This document shows, piece after piece, positions 38,263-52,215 of a stretch of DNA of 64,000 nt (position 1 is its first letter; every line of letters starts with the position of its first letter). The position numbers were made by a program, and so were the translations under genes. This DNA is from Octopus sinensis (lineage: Eukaryota), in assembly GCF_006345805.1 (NCBI RefSeq), contig NC_043023.1, forward strand, positions 8,742,001-8,806,000, given 5' to 3'. Under the pieces are notes generated by a model that saw only the letters and a list, made by a program, of their open reading frames with translations, had not been told where the DNA came from and did no database searches.

Positions 38263-41200
38263 TCACAGGCGAAACCTGAGAACTGGTCCATTTATACTGG
38301 CCAGTCTCGCACAATTCACCCACCTTTCATAAAACTTAGTATCGGACAGCACTTTCCTCTCTAACCTCATCTTCCTTTTCAAGGGAAACTTGAAAAAGTT
38401 GATGAGGCCTTGACCAAAGAGGAAAGTGTCTGACTTTAGCCCTTTCAAACGAGTCCACCACACAACTTCTTTCGCCACAGCCACTAGGCACAAGAAAACG
38501 GCCTCGCCCTCCTTGTTAAATGAGGTCGGCGGGGCATTCTTCACTATGGATTCGGCCGATAGTCGGATCCGTCCCACACGTGACAGTAGCTGTTCGACAT
38601 AAACCCATATTTCAGCAATACTCGGGCACTGGACGAGTGCGTGCAGAACGGTTTCGTAGTCCTGGCAACACCTCGGGCAGGCCCGGCTGACGGCACTTCC
38701 GTGCCGGTAGAGTTTATCTCGTACAGGCAGAGCCCCTCGGTAGCACTGCCAGGCGAGCGACCTCTGGAAATTATCCATCGGCCCCGGCCCGAAAGTCCTC
38801 CCGAACAGACCGCACAGTTCGTCATCTTCAACGCCTAGAGTTTCCCCGAGAACGTCGTCGCATTTTTCCTCCACTAACCCTCTATAGAACGCTAGAGTGG
38901 AGCTGTAACCGATCGCATTGCCCGCCTGACGGAGGGCGGAGAGGGCTTGACGGCACTCGAGGTGCCAAGCGCCCTTTCTCGGTCTACGTTTGATCCAGGT
39001 CTGCAGCTTCGTCAAAATCGCGTCTTACAAAAGACGACCACACCTGTTCACCGTCTAGGAAGCGCTTGAGATGCCGCAGCCTGAGCGCATGTCTGCGCAA
39101 CAGCAACCACGGCATTCCAAGGCCTCCGTTCAGCGGTCGTTGACAGCAGATGGATCGCCTGACCAGTGGCACCTGACCCTTCCACAAAAAGTCGATGAGC
39201 AGGCGTACCAGCTTGGCCAGCCAGCGGTCGGGACAAGGGACGACGGTCAAGCAGTAATAGATGACGGATGCGATGTACGCATTTGCCACCTCCGCTCGAC
39301 CTTTCAGGGACAGCTTCCTCTCGGCCCATTTCTGGGTGAGACGTGCCACCCTGCTCGTCACCTCTTCCCAGTTCTTATCCACCTGGAGGTCCGGACCGAA
39401 CCAGACTCCGAGCAGTTTAACGGGTCCGTCTGTCCAGCGCCCTACGACGCTGTTGGACGGCATGGGCTTGCCTCTCCAGGTGCCCAGTTGCAAGCCCACA
39501 GACTTTTCCGCGTATACTTTGCCCCTGTCACCGCTTCGTACTGGTTTAGTGTCTCGCCAATCAGGCCAATGTGCCTGTGGATCGACACCACCACGGTGAC
39601 GTCGTCGGCATAAGCAGACACGCTGTTTCCGCCTCCTAGATCGCGCGGGATACCCCTCAAAGCCTCCAACTTGCGCAGTAATGGCTCGAGAGTCAAAATG
39701 TACAAGAGGGAGAGAGGGCATCCTTGGCGGACCGAACGCGAGATGTCGAACGGTTTCGAAAGGTGACCGTTCACCCGTATCACCGAGCAGATGTTGCTGT
39801 ATAAAGCAGCTATCCACCCGCGGAAAACTGGACCGAAGCCGGCTGCCTTGAGGACAGCTGCCAGGTACCGATGGTCGACCCTATCGAAGGCTTTGCTCTG
39901 ATCCAAGTTGATCAAAGCCCCACTCGCGCCAGCGTCGTTACCACCCTCTCTATGATGTAGCGCATGAGATGGAGGTTGTCGTGTATCGACCTGGTCGGCA
40001 CGGCGCATGTCTGCGTCTTGCCGACCAGCTTGTCCTCGACAAGCGCCAATCTCTTGGCTAGCACCTTGGCCAAAATCTTCAACTCTGTATTGAGCAGAGG
40101 GATGGGCCGGAAATTCCCTATAACGTCCCCCTTGTTTGGGTCCTTCAGCAAAGCCACCACTCCTCGACAAACAAAAGCAGGAATTCTCCCGTTTTGCTGC
40201 CAGTTGCAGTAGACGTTTGCCAACAGGCCCGCAAACAAGTCTGGCATTGAAAAGTAAAGCCCGTAGGGCAGACCATCCAAACCCGGCGATCTACCTCTCG
40301 TGCAACTCTTCATCGCTTCTTCCACTTCCAAGGCAGATATCGGTCCTTCGCAGCACTCTGCCTCGCTGTCCGAGAGTTGCGGCAGTCCGTCCAGGTACAC
40401 ACCGAAGTCTGTACCGTTGGTGTCCGTTCCACCGCTCGTCCCAAACAGTTGAGCAAAGTGCCGCTGAAGCACCGTACACATCTGCTTCGGTTCGGTAACC
40501 TCGCGCCCGTTCTGGTCCACCAAAGACCGAATGGTTGCTTTGTTGCCTCGCTTCGCCTCCGCCTCGAGCGGCTCTAGTCCCCTCCCGCTTAGAGAACGTG
40601 CCTTAGCTCTGACAACGCAGCCTTCGTGTTGGCGTCGAAGTGTTGGTCGAGGGCCAACCTTGCCGCCAACACGTCGGTCGCGATGCCAGTGTCAAGAGCC
40701 TCGTCTAGTTTCTTAACTAAATCCCGCTCTCTCTCCTACGTTCAATAGCTAGAGTCTTACTATACCTAATCGACTCTACTCTAATTGCTCTCTTGAGGGC
40801 AAACCACCAGTTGTTGTTGATGATTGCCCCCGTGAGCACCCGCTTAACTAGTAAACTAATCCGGTGTCTGTAAGCTTTGCACGCCGTTAACGACGCGTTC
40901 AGCTTCCAGTAGCCGGGTCCCTGTCTTTGTAGCCTATCTAAGTCGACCGTACAGATCAGTAATTTGTGGTCCGTATATTCGACTAGTGGAATTGTGGACA
41001 CCCTACGCTGTCCTTATCCGCTGGCCTACAAAATACTCTATCTAAGTACGATCTAGACGACCCGATGCGATTGGTCCAAGTCCACATTGGCACATTCGGG
41101 TTGTCTAGTCGAAACCTGTCGGACAGCTGAAAGCGGCCGAGTAGGTTGGCGAGGCTCTTGCACCCTCCCCCTCTCCTATCAGACGCTCCCCTGCCCACCC

Positions 41201-41657
41201 GATCGAAACGTTCGTCTAAGACAGCGTTCCAATCCCCAACTAGCACTAGAGTGCGTGACGTTCCCAGGAAAACTTCCAGACGTTTGAAATAATCCGACTG
41301 CCCTGCTCCTGTCGGAGCGTAGGCAGCCAGCAGTCTGAAAGCACCGCCGTCACTACCGTCCGCGTCGAGGACCACCAACTTACCTTCCGGATCCAAGAAG
41401 ACTGTCCTTATTTTCAAGTCCAGGCCCTTCCGAAACAAAACCGCAGTACCACCACCGCCCGCTCCCGGCCGACACGGAGATAGAAATATCTCGTATCCGC
41501 CGAAAAGGGCTGCGAGTTCCTGCGGGTCGGAGAGCCTGGTTTCACTGATGGCTGCTACATCCACATCATGAAACCTCAGGTCGTTTAACAGGTGACCCTG
41601 TTTCCAAGGTGACCCGAGGCCTCTCACATTCAAGCAACCGATTCTAAGATTTGCCAT
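38263..41657 (-). pseudogene. Tx1 ORF2, frameshifted
   Basis: GCLNVRG, SETR, GDWN, YLDR; RT SPGLDG, FRPIPLLN, DQSKAFDRVDH, QGCPLS, YADDV; CPRCCQDYETVLHALVQC. Confidence 0.93.
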
Positions 41658-41697
41658 GCTTCAAAAGTAGGGGGGAAAAAAGGAGAAGAAAAAGGCT

Positions 41698-43529
41698 CTA
41701 CTTACTGTTGTTGGTGGTGGGGGTGGCTCCCTTGTGCTTTTGCACGGGTGCTTCCAAAATATTTTTGTACAGTTTCTTAGAGAAACTTTTCCCTAACGAT
41801 CCCACATCATTAGGGAATATTTGTTTAATTTCGTTGTATGTTGTTTCGTTTATTTTTATTGTGAGAATGTGTGCTGGTGATGTGTTGTGTCTTGGTATAA
41901 CAAAATCTGTTATACTTGTACTAGTTCTGTCTTTCAAATACTCAACCAGTTCCTGGTTCCTTGTATTTATTGATGTAATTGTGTCTGTGTGGGTTTGTGT
42001 CTGTGGCAGTGGCAATGGCAGTAGTGGTGTCGAAAGTGTTATTGTTGTTTGTTGTTGTGAGTCTGTGTTGTTGTTGTTGTTTTTGATGTTGGGAAGCACT
42101 ATTTGTTCGTGCTTCCCCTGTATATCTTTTTGTTTTCTCCTCCTTTTCTTTTTTGGAGGCACTGTGCTCCATTCTCCTTTGTTGGAATCAGAGCTCGCAC
42201 AATCCGAGTACTCTTCATCCGGCAAAGGAATGGTTGAGGGGTCTGCTTCAGCAGCAGGACGAAAAGTTATTGGTTCCGCCGGTATCGGTGGTGCCGCTGC
42301 TCCTGTTGCTGTGATGGTGCTGCTGTCGACCTTCTAGGTACTGGTGTTGGTGTTGTTTGTGGTGTTGTTGTTGGAGGTGGGTGTTGTTCGTCTTTGGTGC
42401 TGGTGATGGTGTTGGTGGTGTGGCAGCCTTTGGTGTTTCGTGCTGTTTCTGCTGTTTCTGTTGTTGTTGTTGTTGTTGTTGTTGCTGCCTCTTGCTGTAT
42501 TCCTCCATTCTCTTTTTTTGAATGGGGCAGTCCCTCTTCAGGTGGCTTTCGCTACTGCAGAGGAAACATTTTGGCTTTCGCCCCTCTACAGTAACGTTTA
42601 GCCTGGTCCCATCTAGTAAGATGACAAAGTCAGGTATGGCATTGATGTTTTCCAGCTGGATCTGTACCAGCAGTTCAATACCCATACCTGACCAGTTTCT
42701 TTTCTCTTACCCTCCGAACATTTAGAATAGTGGCAGTGTCCTCTATGCCATAGAGGATAGCCGCCACTAGCCATGAGATATTCAGTTCGGGGGTATTGTA
42801 TTTTGTGTTATTTTTGGACCTTACGCCCGAGGTACATCGGAACGCGGAACAAATGTTCATTTTGCAAGGGCGAAATGGCATGCGCCCTTGCTTGCTCCTC
42901 TGTTGGGAAGCGAACCTCACGGTTCCAAATCGCTTCCCACTTGTCACATAGCTCTTTTGGCCCCAAATGGGCTTCAGAGCCATTTCTAACTGTTGGGGTG
43001 TGGCGTTAACCAGTCTTTTAGTTTTCTTTTCGAAAACTTTGTAGAATATTGTTTTTTTGTTGGTCTCATGTATGAGTTGTTGAGGTGTGTTGAGGAAAAC
43101 ACTGTTTCCTTCTTTTCTCAACAACTCTTTTGCCATTTTAATATCCTCCATCGTAATTTGTATCTCTTCCGAAATCTGCTTTGCAGCTGAAGCAAAACCT
43201 TTGGCATTTTCTTCAATTTTTGTTTCTTTGTTTATTTCTCTCTTATTCATATAATTCCCTTCCTCCCCCTTCGGTACTATAACATTAGTTGAAGGTAGAG
43301 GGGGCAAATCTAAAATGACGTCGCAAGAGACGCCGTCTTTTTTGTTCTTATTTGGAACGCTTTGCTTTTCAGCACGTTCCATTGTAATGTTTACTTCGCC
43401 TTTTACGGCTTGAAATGGGCGGTTCGGAACCGCTGACGAAATTTTTTCTTCTTGTGGAGGGGGTGGTGTTGCAAGGAGGGAAAAGCCAGCAGCTCTTTTT
43501 AAAGCCATTTTGGAAATGTGTGTGTGCAA
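41698..43529 (-). pseudogene. Tx1 ORF1, frameshifted
   Basis: ORFs 42675-43529, 42248-42685 (CFLCSSESHLKRDC) and 41698-42225. Confidence 0.88.
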
Positions 43530-43730
43530 AATAATGTGAATGTCAATAATATAAACAGTAATTTTACCCCGAAAGGGGTAAAATGTTTGCCTAGCAAACT
43601 AGCTCCGCAAGACGTTAGTCGGCTTGGCTACAAAAATATTCAAAAATATTAACACTTATCAGCAAATTTCCAATGAAATTGTCACAAAACTCACGGAGCT
43701 TCCGGAGACACGTCCATCCGCGTTGGAAGA

Positions 43731-43779
43731 AATAATAATAATAATAATAACAATAATAATGATAATAATAATAATAATA
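43731..43779. repeat. (TAA)n between Tx1 copy 3 and Dong copy C
   Basis: Direct reading. Confidence 0.95.
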
Positions 43780-43780
43780 A

Positions 43781-45535
43781 GGAAGTCAAGTAAATGAAAG
43801 TCTCCAGGAAAGGATAAAATTCCTAAATTCTGGTTGAATGCCTCCCCAGAAAGTGATGAACTACTAGCAAAACTTTACAACAATGTTCTCCAACATCTTA
43901 GTATGATTCCCTCTTGGCTAGTTAATGGTTTAACATTCCTACTTCCAAAAAATGAAGAAACAAACGTACCGAAAAATTACAGACCCATAACCTGCTTAAC
44001 ATCAATGTACAAAATGCTAACATCTGTATTAAGTGAATATACCTATAGTTTTTTTAATAGAAAGTGGCATATTCCCAAATGAGCAAAAAGGATTTAAACG
44101 TGGGTCCTGTGGTTGTAAAGATCAGCTACTCATCAATAAGATGATCTTGGAATATTGTCTCAAACGATACAAAAGCTTGTCAATAACGTGGATAGACTAT
44201 AAAAAAGCTTTTGATAGTCTACCACATAGCTGGATTAAGAAATGTCTGGAAATGTATAAAATTGCACCTACTCTGCGAAACTTTTTGCTTGTAAGTATGA
44301 GATCATGGAGAACCATGCTGAACAGTGTTATTGAATCTCTTAATCCTGGAGATCTAAGAATTTCAGATGGCATTTTCCAGGGTGACTCTCTATCACCACT
44401 CCTCATTTGTCTAGCCTTAATACCTCTCTCGAAATTACTCAATGATGCACAGTACGGTTATAAAATGTTTGATAAAAATATAAATCATCTCATTTACATG
44501 GATGATTTAAAGCTCTTTGCAAAAAATGGCCAACAACTACAGGGCTTACTAGCAATTGATAAATAATACAGTGATGACATCAGGATGCAATTTGGCCTCG
44601 ATAAATGCGCAATACCTACCTTTATCAAAGAAAAAATGACTGACACATCTAACTTTAACCTTGACCAGTAGAATGTCATAAAGGAGTTATAACACGCGGA
44701 GAGCTACAAATACCTAGGGTAATTTGAACGTGATGGCATCAAACATTTAGTGATGAGGGAAAGGATCAGAAGAGAATGTTATCACAGGGTAATTGCTGAA
44801 TGCAAGAAACAGGATCGAAGCGATCTATTCTTTAACCATAGGAGTCGTGACTTATAGTTTCAATATCATTAACTAGTCAAGTACTGAAATATGTAATCTT
44901 GACAGAAAAAGGCGAAAATTGTTGGCAATGCATAGAATGCACCACCCAAATATAGAAGTGCCAAGAAAAGAGGGAGACAGGACTTTTACATCTGGAATTA
45001 ACAATGAACATTGCCACAATTGACCTAGACACCTACCTGAAAAACTCTGATTACTGAATGTTAAAACTTTCTCAAAACATGACAGCCAGGAAGCTTCATG
45101 TACAGTAGCAAAACAGGCAAAGGAATATATAAGTGAATTCCAAATACAACAAATTCTAGAATTAGAAGTACTAGAAACAAACACAAAAAAGCTAATGTGA
45201 CAACTGCTGCCTTAGATATTCTTACTGATAAATTGATAAATTGCAAAGAAGATTTCTCAATGGAAAATGCCCAAACAGAGCTAATAGTGACGATGTTGAC
45301 AAAGCCATTGCCCATCAATGGTTAATGGCTTCTGGCTTAAAATCAGAAACAGAAGCATTTATCATAGCAGCCCAATATCAATGCCTACCTACAAGAAACT
45401 ACCAGGCCAACATATTAAAGAACGCCAGTTTTCCCAACATATCGTGTATGTCAACAACAAAATGAAACCATTGATCATGTTGTTTCCATGAGCAGTCTTC
45501 TAGCGCTTACAGAATATCTCAACAGGCATGACAAT
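43781..45535 (+). mobile_element. R4/Dong-like LINE, copy C, degraded RT region
   Basis: NYRPITCL, IDYKKAFDSLPH, QGDSLSPLL, HLIYMDDLKL, LKSETEAFIIAAQ. Confidence 0.9.
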
Positions 45536-45704
45536 TCTCTCTTTTTATTATGTAACAGTTTAACAATTTTATTGCTTTTAGTGTTCGGTCAGCCCGAGCC
45601 TATAGTAGAAAACACTTGCAAAAGGTACCATGCAGTGGGACTGAACCTGGAATCATGTAGTTGGTAAGCAAGCTACTTACCATACAGGCACTACTGCAGA
45701 TTTA

Positions 45705-45712
45705 TATATATA

Positions 45713-45759
<47 letters not shown>

Positions 45760-45760
45760 A

Positions 45761-45834
<74 letters not shown>

Positions 45835-45850
45835 ATATATTAATATATCT

Positions 45851-45883
<33 letters not shown>

Positions 45884-45912
45884 TATATAATATATATATA
45901 TATATATATAAT
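45705..45912. repeat. Imperfect (TA)n between two copies of a ~58 bp SINE-A head fragment
   Basis: ACCT(G)GAATCATGTAGTTGGTAAGCAA..TGCAGATTTA at ~45645 and ~45920. Confidence 0.85.
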
Positions 45913-46336
45913 AATTAAGAACCTGAATCATGTAGTTGGTAAGCAACTACTTACCATACAGGCACTACTGCAGATTTAGATATAAGAGTATATTTGAAAC
46001 CCAGTGGACGTATTCCCCTGAACATAGGTAAATAAACCTTCGAACAGACGGTCAGCAGCGACGCCTGTTAGTCGGCTACTCTACATTGAAAAGGGGCAAA
46101 ATAACCCGAACCTAGTCTGTGGTTGTTGAACCAGCAAGCGGAAGGTGCTGACCTCCCCTGTTCGAATGTCGTAATGGAAGTTTGTAATGTGTGACATAGC
46201 TAGCTAGAGACGATGGACTCTTGGCTCTAATCAACGGCAGCATTCGTCCAATTTTCCAAGACTGCCATGTTATTTCGGCGATAACTATTAACATCCAGTA
46301 CTTTTTTTTGCTGTAGTCTCCTTTAGAGAGATTTAA

Positions 46337-46367
<31 letters not shown>

Positions 46368-46558
46368 GATATATATATATAATATTATATATATAATATA
46401 TATTATATATATATATATATAAATGAATATACATATATATATAATATTATATATATAATATATATATATATATATTATATATATAATATATTGTATGTAT
46501 ATTCATTTATTATGTATATATATATATATATATATAATATATATATATATATAAATGG

Positions 46559-46898
46559 GTAAAGACCCCTTCGGTCATGAGTGACCATGGGATTGCACCT
46601 AGAAAGTTACCCTCCTAGACACAAGTCCGGGCAAGGTTGTTTATGGAAACCAGCAGTCGCCCATGCATACCAGCCTCCCCTCTCCACCCACGCCACCAGT
46701 GTTATCCAAGGGAAAACAAAGGTCGATACAGCTTGGCACCAGTGACGTCGCAACTCATTTCTACAGCTGAGTGAACTGGAGCAACGTGAAATAAAGTGCC
46801 TTGCTCAAAACACAACACGCAACCCGATCCGGGATTCGAGCTCACAACCTCACGATCGTAAGCTCGACGCTCTAACCACTGAGCCATGCGCCTTCACC
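46559..46898 (-). mobile_element. SINE family D
   Basis: GGTGAAGGCGCATGGCTCAGTGGTTAGAGC head; second copy at 51028-51337. Confidence 0.88.
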
Positions 46899-46899
46899 A

Positions 46900-46943
<44 letters not shown>

Positions 46944-46964
46944 ATATATATAGATATATGTATA

Positions 46965-47079
<115 letters not shown>

Positions 47080-47721
47080 TACGTGTGTAATGCACATGTG
47101 TAAGTGCCAGCACTTTGTGTATATATTGTCTTCTTGTCAATATTTTCATTGTTTGTCATCGGAATGCATTTTCCAAAAGTTTATATATCTTCTTTCCACA
47201 TCCGTTTCGCTCCTCTACCGATATATTTCCATTTTCCCAAAAATTATATACATCAGTTACTAAGAGTGAGTTAATAATTTTCAGAGTATTGATTAACAAA
47301 TATTAGATCTATAATTAATGACGACCCCTCTTTTCCCTTTATCTTGCTTGTTTAGGCTCAAATAAGGCCATCTGCGATCCAGATAAATTCTGGATTTCAT
47401 TTGCCCGATGTGTCACTGTTATATCGCACGTTCGGATGACGTGCATTCGCCAATAACGTACCTCTTCTCAACTACCGAACTCTCACTTCCGATCACTCGA
47501 CTCAACGGATCTCGACACCTGGTCTACCGATAGCTCCGGCTCGCTCTACACGACGCTTCTACGACTAGCTATCACGTCCACTATACGTATTGGACTAGCC
47601 TATTTATCGTCTGGGGGCGTCACGCCGTTAGGAAGCGGTCTCATTAAAGAAACTGCGCCAGTGTCTATAAGTGTGTGTATGTGTGCGCGCGTAGTGTCTA
47701 TGTTGTATGTGTGTGAGTGCA

Positions 47722-48110
47722 AGTGGAAGCACTCCGTCGGTTACGACGACGAGGGTTCCGCTTGATCCGAATCAACGGAACAGCCTGCTTGTGAAATTAA
47801 CGTGTAAGTGGCTGAGCACTCCACAGACACATGTACCCTTAACGTAGTTCTCGGGGATATTCAGCGTGACACAGAGAGTGACAAGGCCGGCCCTTTGAAA
47901 TACAGGTACAACAGAAACAGGAAGTAAGAGTAAGAGAAAGTTGTGGTGAAAGAGTACAGCAGGTATCACCACCATCCCCTGCCGGAGCCTCGTGGAGCTT
48001 TTAGGTGTTTTCGCTCAATAAACACTCACAACGCCCGGTCTGGGAATCGAAACCGCGATCCTACGACCGCGAGTCCGCTGCCCTAACCACTGGGCCATTG
48101 CGCCACCACG
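47722..48110 (-). mobile_element. SINE family B, full length
   Basis: Flanking duplication GTGAGTGCAAGT at 47713 and 48110. Confidence 0.92.
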
Positions 48111-48234
48111 TGAGTGCAAGTATAGTAGTGAAGACATTTCCAACGATTGTCTAAGCAAATATTTTGAACAGGGAGCGGATTTTCTTGAGTGGACCTTAAA
48201 CAGTAAACAACACATATACTACACATAAATTTAT

Positions 48235-48438
48235 ATTTCTTTACTACCCACAAGGGTCTAAGCACAGAGGGGACAAACAAGGACAGGAAAACGGATTAAG
48301 TCGATTACATCGACCCCAGTGCCGTGACTGGTACTTTATTTATCGACCCCGACAGGATGAAAGGCAAAGTCGACCTCGGCGGAATTTGGACTCGGAACGT
48401 AACGACAGACGAAATACGGCTACGCATTTCGCCCGGCG
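48235..48438 (-). mobile_element. SINE family C, 5'-truncated
   Basis: Reverse complement of 28033-28266. Confidence 0.88.
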
Positions 48439-48593
48439 GAATATAAGTGAATGGAGTGCCATCTACTTAGCAAGTTTAAATTTGAACAACAAACCATTTG
48501 TAGACTATGCATACGTATAACCGCTGGAAGAGCATAGATGAACGATAAGGTATGGCACATGAATGATTTGAATAATGGAGTGACAGTGACATA

Positions 48594-49075
48594 CCTACAT
48601 ACATACATGCATACATACATACATACATACGTACATACATACATACATACATACATATATACATACATACATATATACATGTATACATGCATCCATGCAT
48701 ACATACATACCAACATACATACATACATACATACAAGCATGGATGTATACATACAAATATACATATATAGATACATGCATACATGCATACATACATACAT
48801 ACATACATACATACATACATGCATACATACATACAAACATACATGCATACATACATACATACACACAAACATACATACATTCATGCATACATACATACAA
48901 ACATACATACATACATAGATACATACATACATACATACATACATACATACATACATAAATGCATACATACATACGTACATACATACATACATACGTACAT
49001 ACATACACACATACATACATTCATGCACACATACATACATACATACATACATACATACATACATACATACATACA

Positions 49076-49107
<32 letters not shown>
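48594..49107. repeat. (CATA)n microsatellite, ~510 bp
   Basis: Direct reading. Confidence 0.97.
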
Positions 49108-49109
<2 letters not shown>

Positions 49110-49269
49110 CAGATATGTTTATGTATTTCCTCCTTTAAGAAGGACAAATAATCCATCAAATTTAGAATAACCTCTCCCTTATATATTCCCCACACAACAA
49201 GTTTAATGAATATATGAATTAAATCAATGTCCATTCTAACCACCACAGAGCCTTTTTAAATACCGTATT

Positions 49270-49320
<51 letters not shown>

Positions 49321-49322
<2 letters not shown>

Positions 49323-49608
49323 CTAGCAGTATCGCCCGGCGTTGCTCGGGCTTGTAAGGGAAATAACTATGTAAGCATTTTAGAGAGTTATAGCCAAAAA
49401 ATAGCAAAAAAAATGCATTAAAATGGAAAAATGATGGTAATTTTTTTAAAATCGTAGACTCATTGTAGACACGCGCTAATACCCAGAAGGTCTCGATATG
49501 AATCACGAATATAAGATACCCGCTTTTAGTTAAACTGCACCGCAAAATGTGGAGTAGTTAGGAATCTAAATCGTAGGAGACAGACACACAACCTCTCTTT
49601 TATATATA

Positions 49609-49610
<2 letters not shown>
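49321..49610 (+). mobile_element. Helitron/Helentron-like element
   Basis: Same family as 36725-37120; (TA)n flanks. Confidence 0.7.
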
Positions 49611-49662
<52 letters not shown>

Positions 49663-49815
49663 TATATTAATGGATGAATGAATTATCCTTTGTTTACCGC
49701 TAACACGGAAATTCAATAACAGTTACCAGGGTAGCAAAATTCACGCAAGTAACAAGGATGTAGCGACCTATTCAAAGGTAGGAACTCCGGCTTAATGTGC
49801 AGTAATTTGTGTAGT

Positions 49816-50203
49816 ATCTCTCTATATATAAACGGCAGTTTGTCTGTGCGTGTTTCTGTGTGTCTGTTTGCTTGTACCTTCACCCTGACCACGGCTTTCA
49901 ACCGATTCTGATGAAACTTGACACACACATAGCCCAATGTCATAATTCAAACTAACGCAGCCAAAATTTTGAAAAGTTTCCCCAGTTCTGAAAAAAATCG
50001 ATAAATTCGACATGGGGTCGAGAATCAGAAACACGAACCACAAACTGTCTAGGGGACGCAACTCCATCCTTTTTTAACTCTCAAAAAAAAATTTACCATC
50101 ATTTTTTTCCATTTTTTTGCTATTTTTTGGCTATAACTCTCTAAAAATGCTTTATAGTTATTTCCCTTACAAACCTGAGCAACGCCGGGCGATACTGCTA
50201 GTA
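49816..50203 (-). mobile_element. Helitron/Helentron-like element, variant interior
   Basis: Shares the first ~110 bp with the two + copies; different interior, ends CTGCCGTTTATATATAGAGAGAT. Confidence 0.65.
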
Positions 50204-50381
50204 AGGAAATAAATGGAGTTGAGCGCAGATATTATCGAAAAATTCTTTTGCCTTTATCGGTTGTCCCTGTTTCATCTGCTCCTCGCTCGAGGGTCTGTTA
50301 AGTCAAGGTGATAGAAAAATTATCATGAACGCTAGGAGGACGAGCTTATGAGAGGAGATATGTATGTATGTATGCATGTAT

Positions 50382-50416
<35 letters not shown>

Positions 50417-50484
50417 CATACATATAAATTTTTACACACACACATATATACATATATATGTATATATATATATGTGTGTGTGTG

Positions 50485-50682
50485 TACTCTTTACTCTTTT
50501 ACTCTTTTACGTGTTTCAGTCATGTGACCGTGGCCATGCTGGAGCACCGCATTTAGTCGATCAAATCGACCCCAAGACTTATTCTTTGTAAGCTTAGTAC
50601 TTATTTTATGTGTCGCTTTTTTGCCGAACCGCTAAGTTACGGTTGTCAAGCGATGTTGGGGGGACAAACACAGACAAACACG

Positions 50683-50726
<44 letters not shown>

Positions 50727-50894
50727 TATACGACGGGCTTCTTTCAGTTTCCGTCTACCAAATCCACTCACAAGGTGTTGGTCGGCCCGAGGCTATAGCA
50801 GAAGATACTAACCCAATGTGTCACGCAGTGGGACTGAACCCTGAACCATGTGGTTCGTAAGCGAGCTACTTACCACACAGCCACTCCTACGCCT
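50485..50894 (-). mobile_element. SINE family A
   Basis: Homology to the other copies. Confidence 0.9.
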
Positions 50895-50905
50895 ATATAT
50901 GTATG

Positions 50906-50999
<94 letters not shown>

Positions 51000-51027
51000 T
51001 ATATTATATTGTACATTATATATATAT

Positions 51028-51337
51028 AAGGTGGCCGTTTTCTATCATGAATGACCATGGTATTGCACCTAGAAAGTTACCCACCAGGGCACAAGTCCGG
51101 GCAAGGTGGTTTATAGAAGACAAGCAGCAACCCATTCATTCCAGGCTCCCCTCTACACGCCAGCGATGTTATCGAAGGGAAAGGCAAAGGGGCCGATACA
51201 GCTTGACACCTGTGACATCGCAACTGATTTCTACAGCTGAGTGAACTGGAGCAACGTGAAATAAGGTGTCTTGCTCAATAGCACAACACGCAGCCCGGTC
51301 CAGGAATCGAACTCACAACCTCACGATCGTAAGCTCT
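51028..51337 (-). mobile_element. SINE family D, 5'-truncated
   Basis: Matches 46559-46865. Confidence 0.85.
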
Positions 51338-51388
51338 GTATATATAGTAGACATTCAACACATAGAAACATATACATATATATATATG

Positions 51389-51473
<85 letters not shown>

Positions 51474-51520
51474 ATATATATTATATATATATATATATAT
51501 TATAGATATATATTATATAT

Positions 51521-51579
<59 letters not shown>

Positions 51580-51582
51580 GTC

Positions 51583-51802
51583 AGGATCGTCAGCACGCCG
51601 GGCGAAATGTGTAACCGTACTTCGTCTGTCGTTACGTTCCGAGTTCAAATTCCGCCGAGGTCGACTTTGCCTTTTATCCTTTCGGGGTCGGTAAATTAAA
51701 TACCAGTTACGCACTGGGGACGATATAATCAACTTAATACCTTTGTCTGTCCTTGTTTGTCCCCTCTGTGTTTAGCCCCTCGTGGGTAGTAAAGAAATAG
51801 GT
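51583..51802 (+). mobile_element. SINE family C, 5'-truncated
   Basis: Homology to the other copies. Confidence 0.88.
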
Positions 51803-51953
51803 ATATATATATATATATATATATATAAAGAAATAGGTATAAATATATATATATATGTATATATATAATTGAATAAGGGTAGAAATTGATATTAATCAAT
51901 TAAAACCAGTGGCCTAGTATATTACAGAAATCCGTCGATTAAAATATTTTTAC

Positions 51954-52179
51954 ATACAAAATTTAAAGGACTGACCACTAAAAGTGGACGGTCAATATGC
52001 TAGATATAGACGTCAAAATTGTTATTATTTCGTATATCTTCATTTGTCTTGCTTATTTTTTACACTTTGGTTTGTGATGAGTTTTTACTTGAGAACACAT
52101 TCTTCGAGGAAAATAGCGATTTTGACGTCTATATCTAGCATATTGACCGTCCACTTTTAGTGGTCGGTTCTTTCAATTT

Positions 52180-52184
<5 letters not shown>
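51954..52184. repeat. ~66 bp inverted repeat with ~100 bp spacer
   Basis: Arms 51954-52019 and 52119-52184, sharing GACCACTAAAAGTGGACGGTCAATATGCTAGATATAGACGTCAAAAT. Confidence 0.9.

Positions 52185-52215
<31 letters not shown>

Larger units (their letters stand above)
37986..43731 (-). mobile_element. Tx1 copy 3, full length (~5.7 kb)
   Basis: 5' UTR, ORF1, ORF2 (APE, RT, zinc domain), 3' UTR with AATAAA; (TAA)n on both sides. Confidence 0.95.

Noticed and set aside
46112-46294. WKIGR motif recalling the BEL/Pao integrase C-terminus
   Set aside because: Too short, with no supporting LTR-element domains
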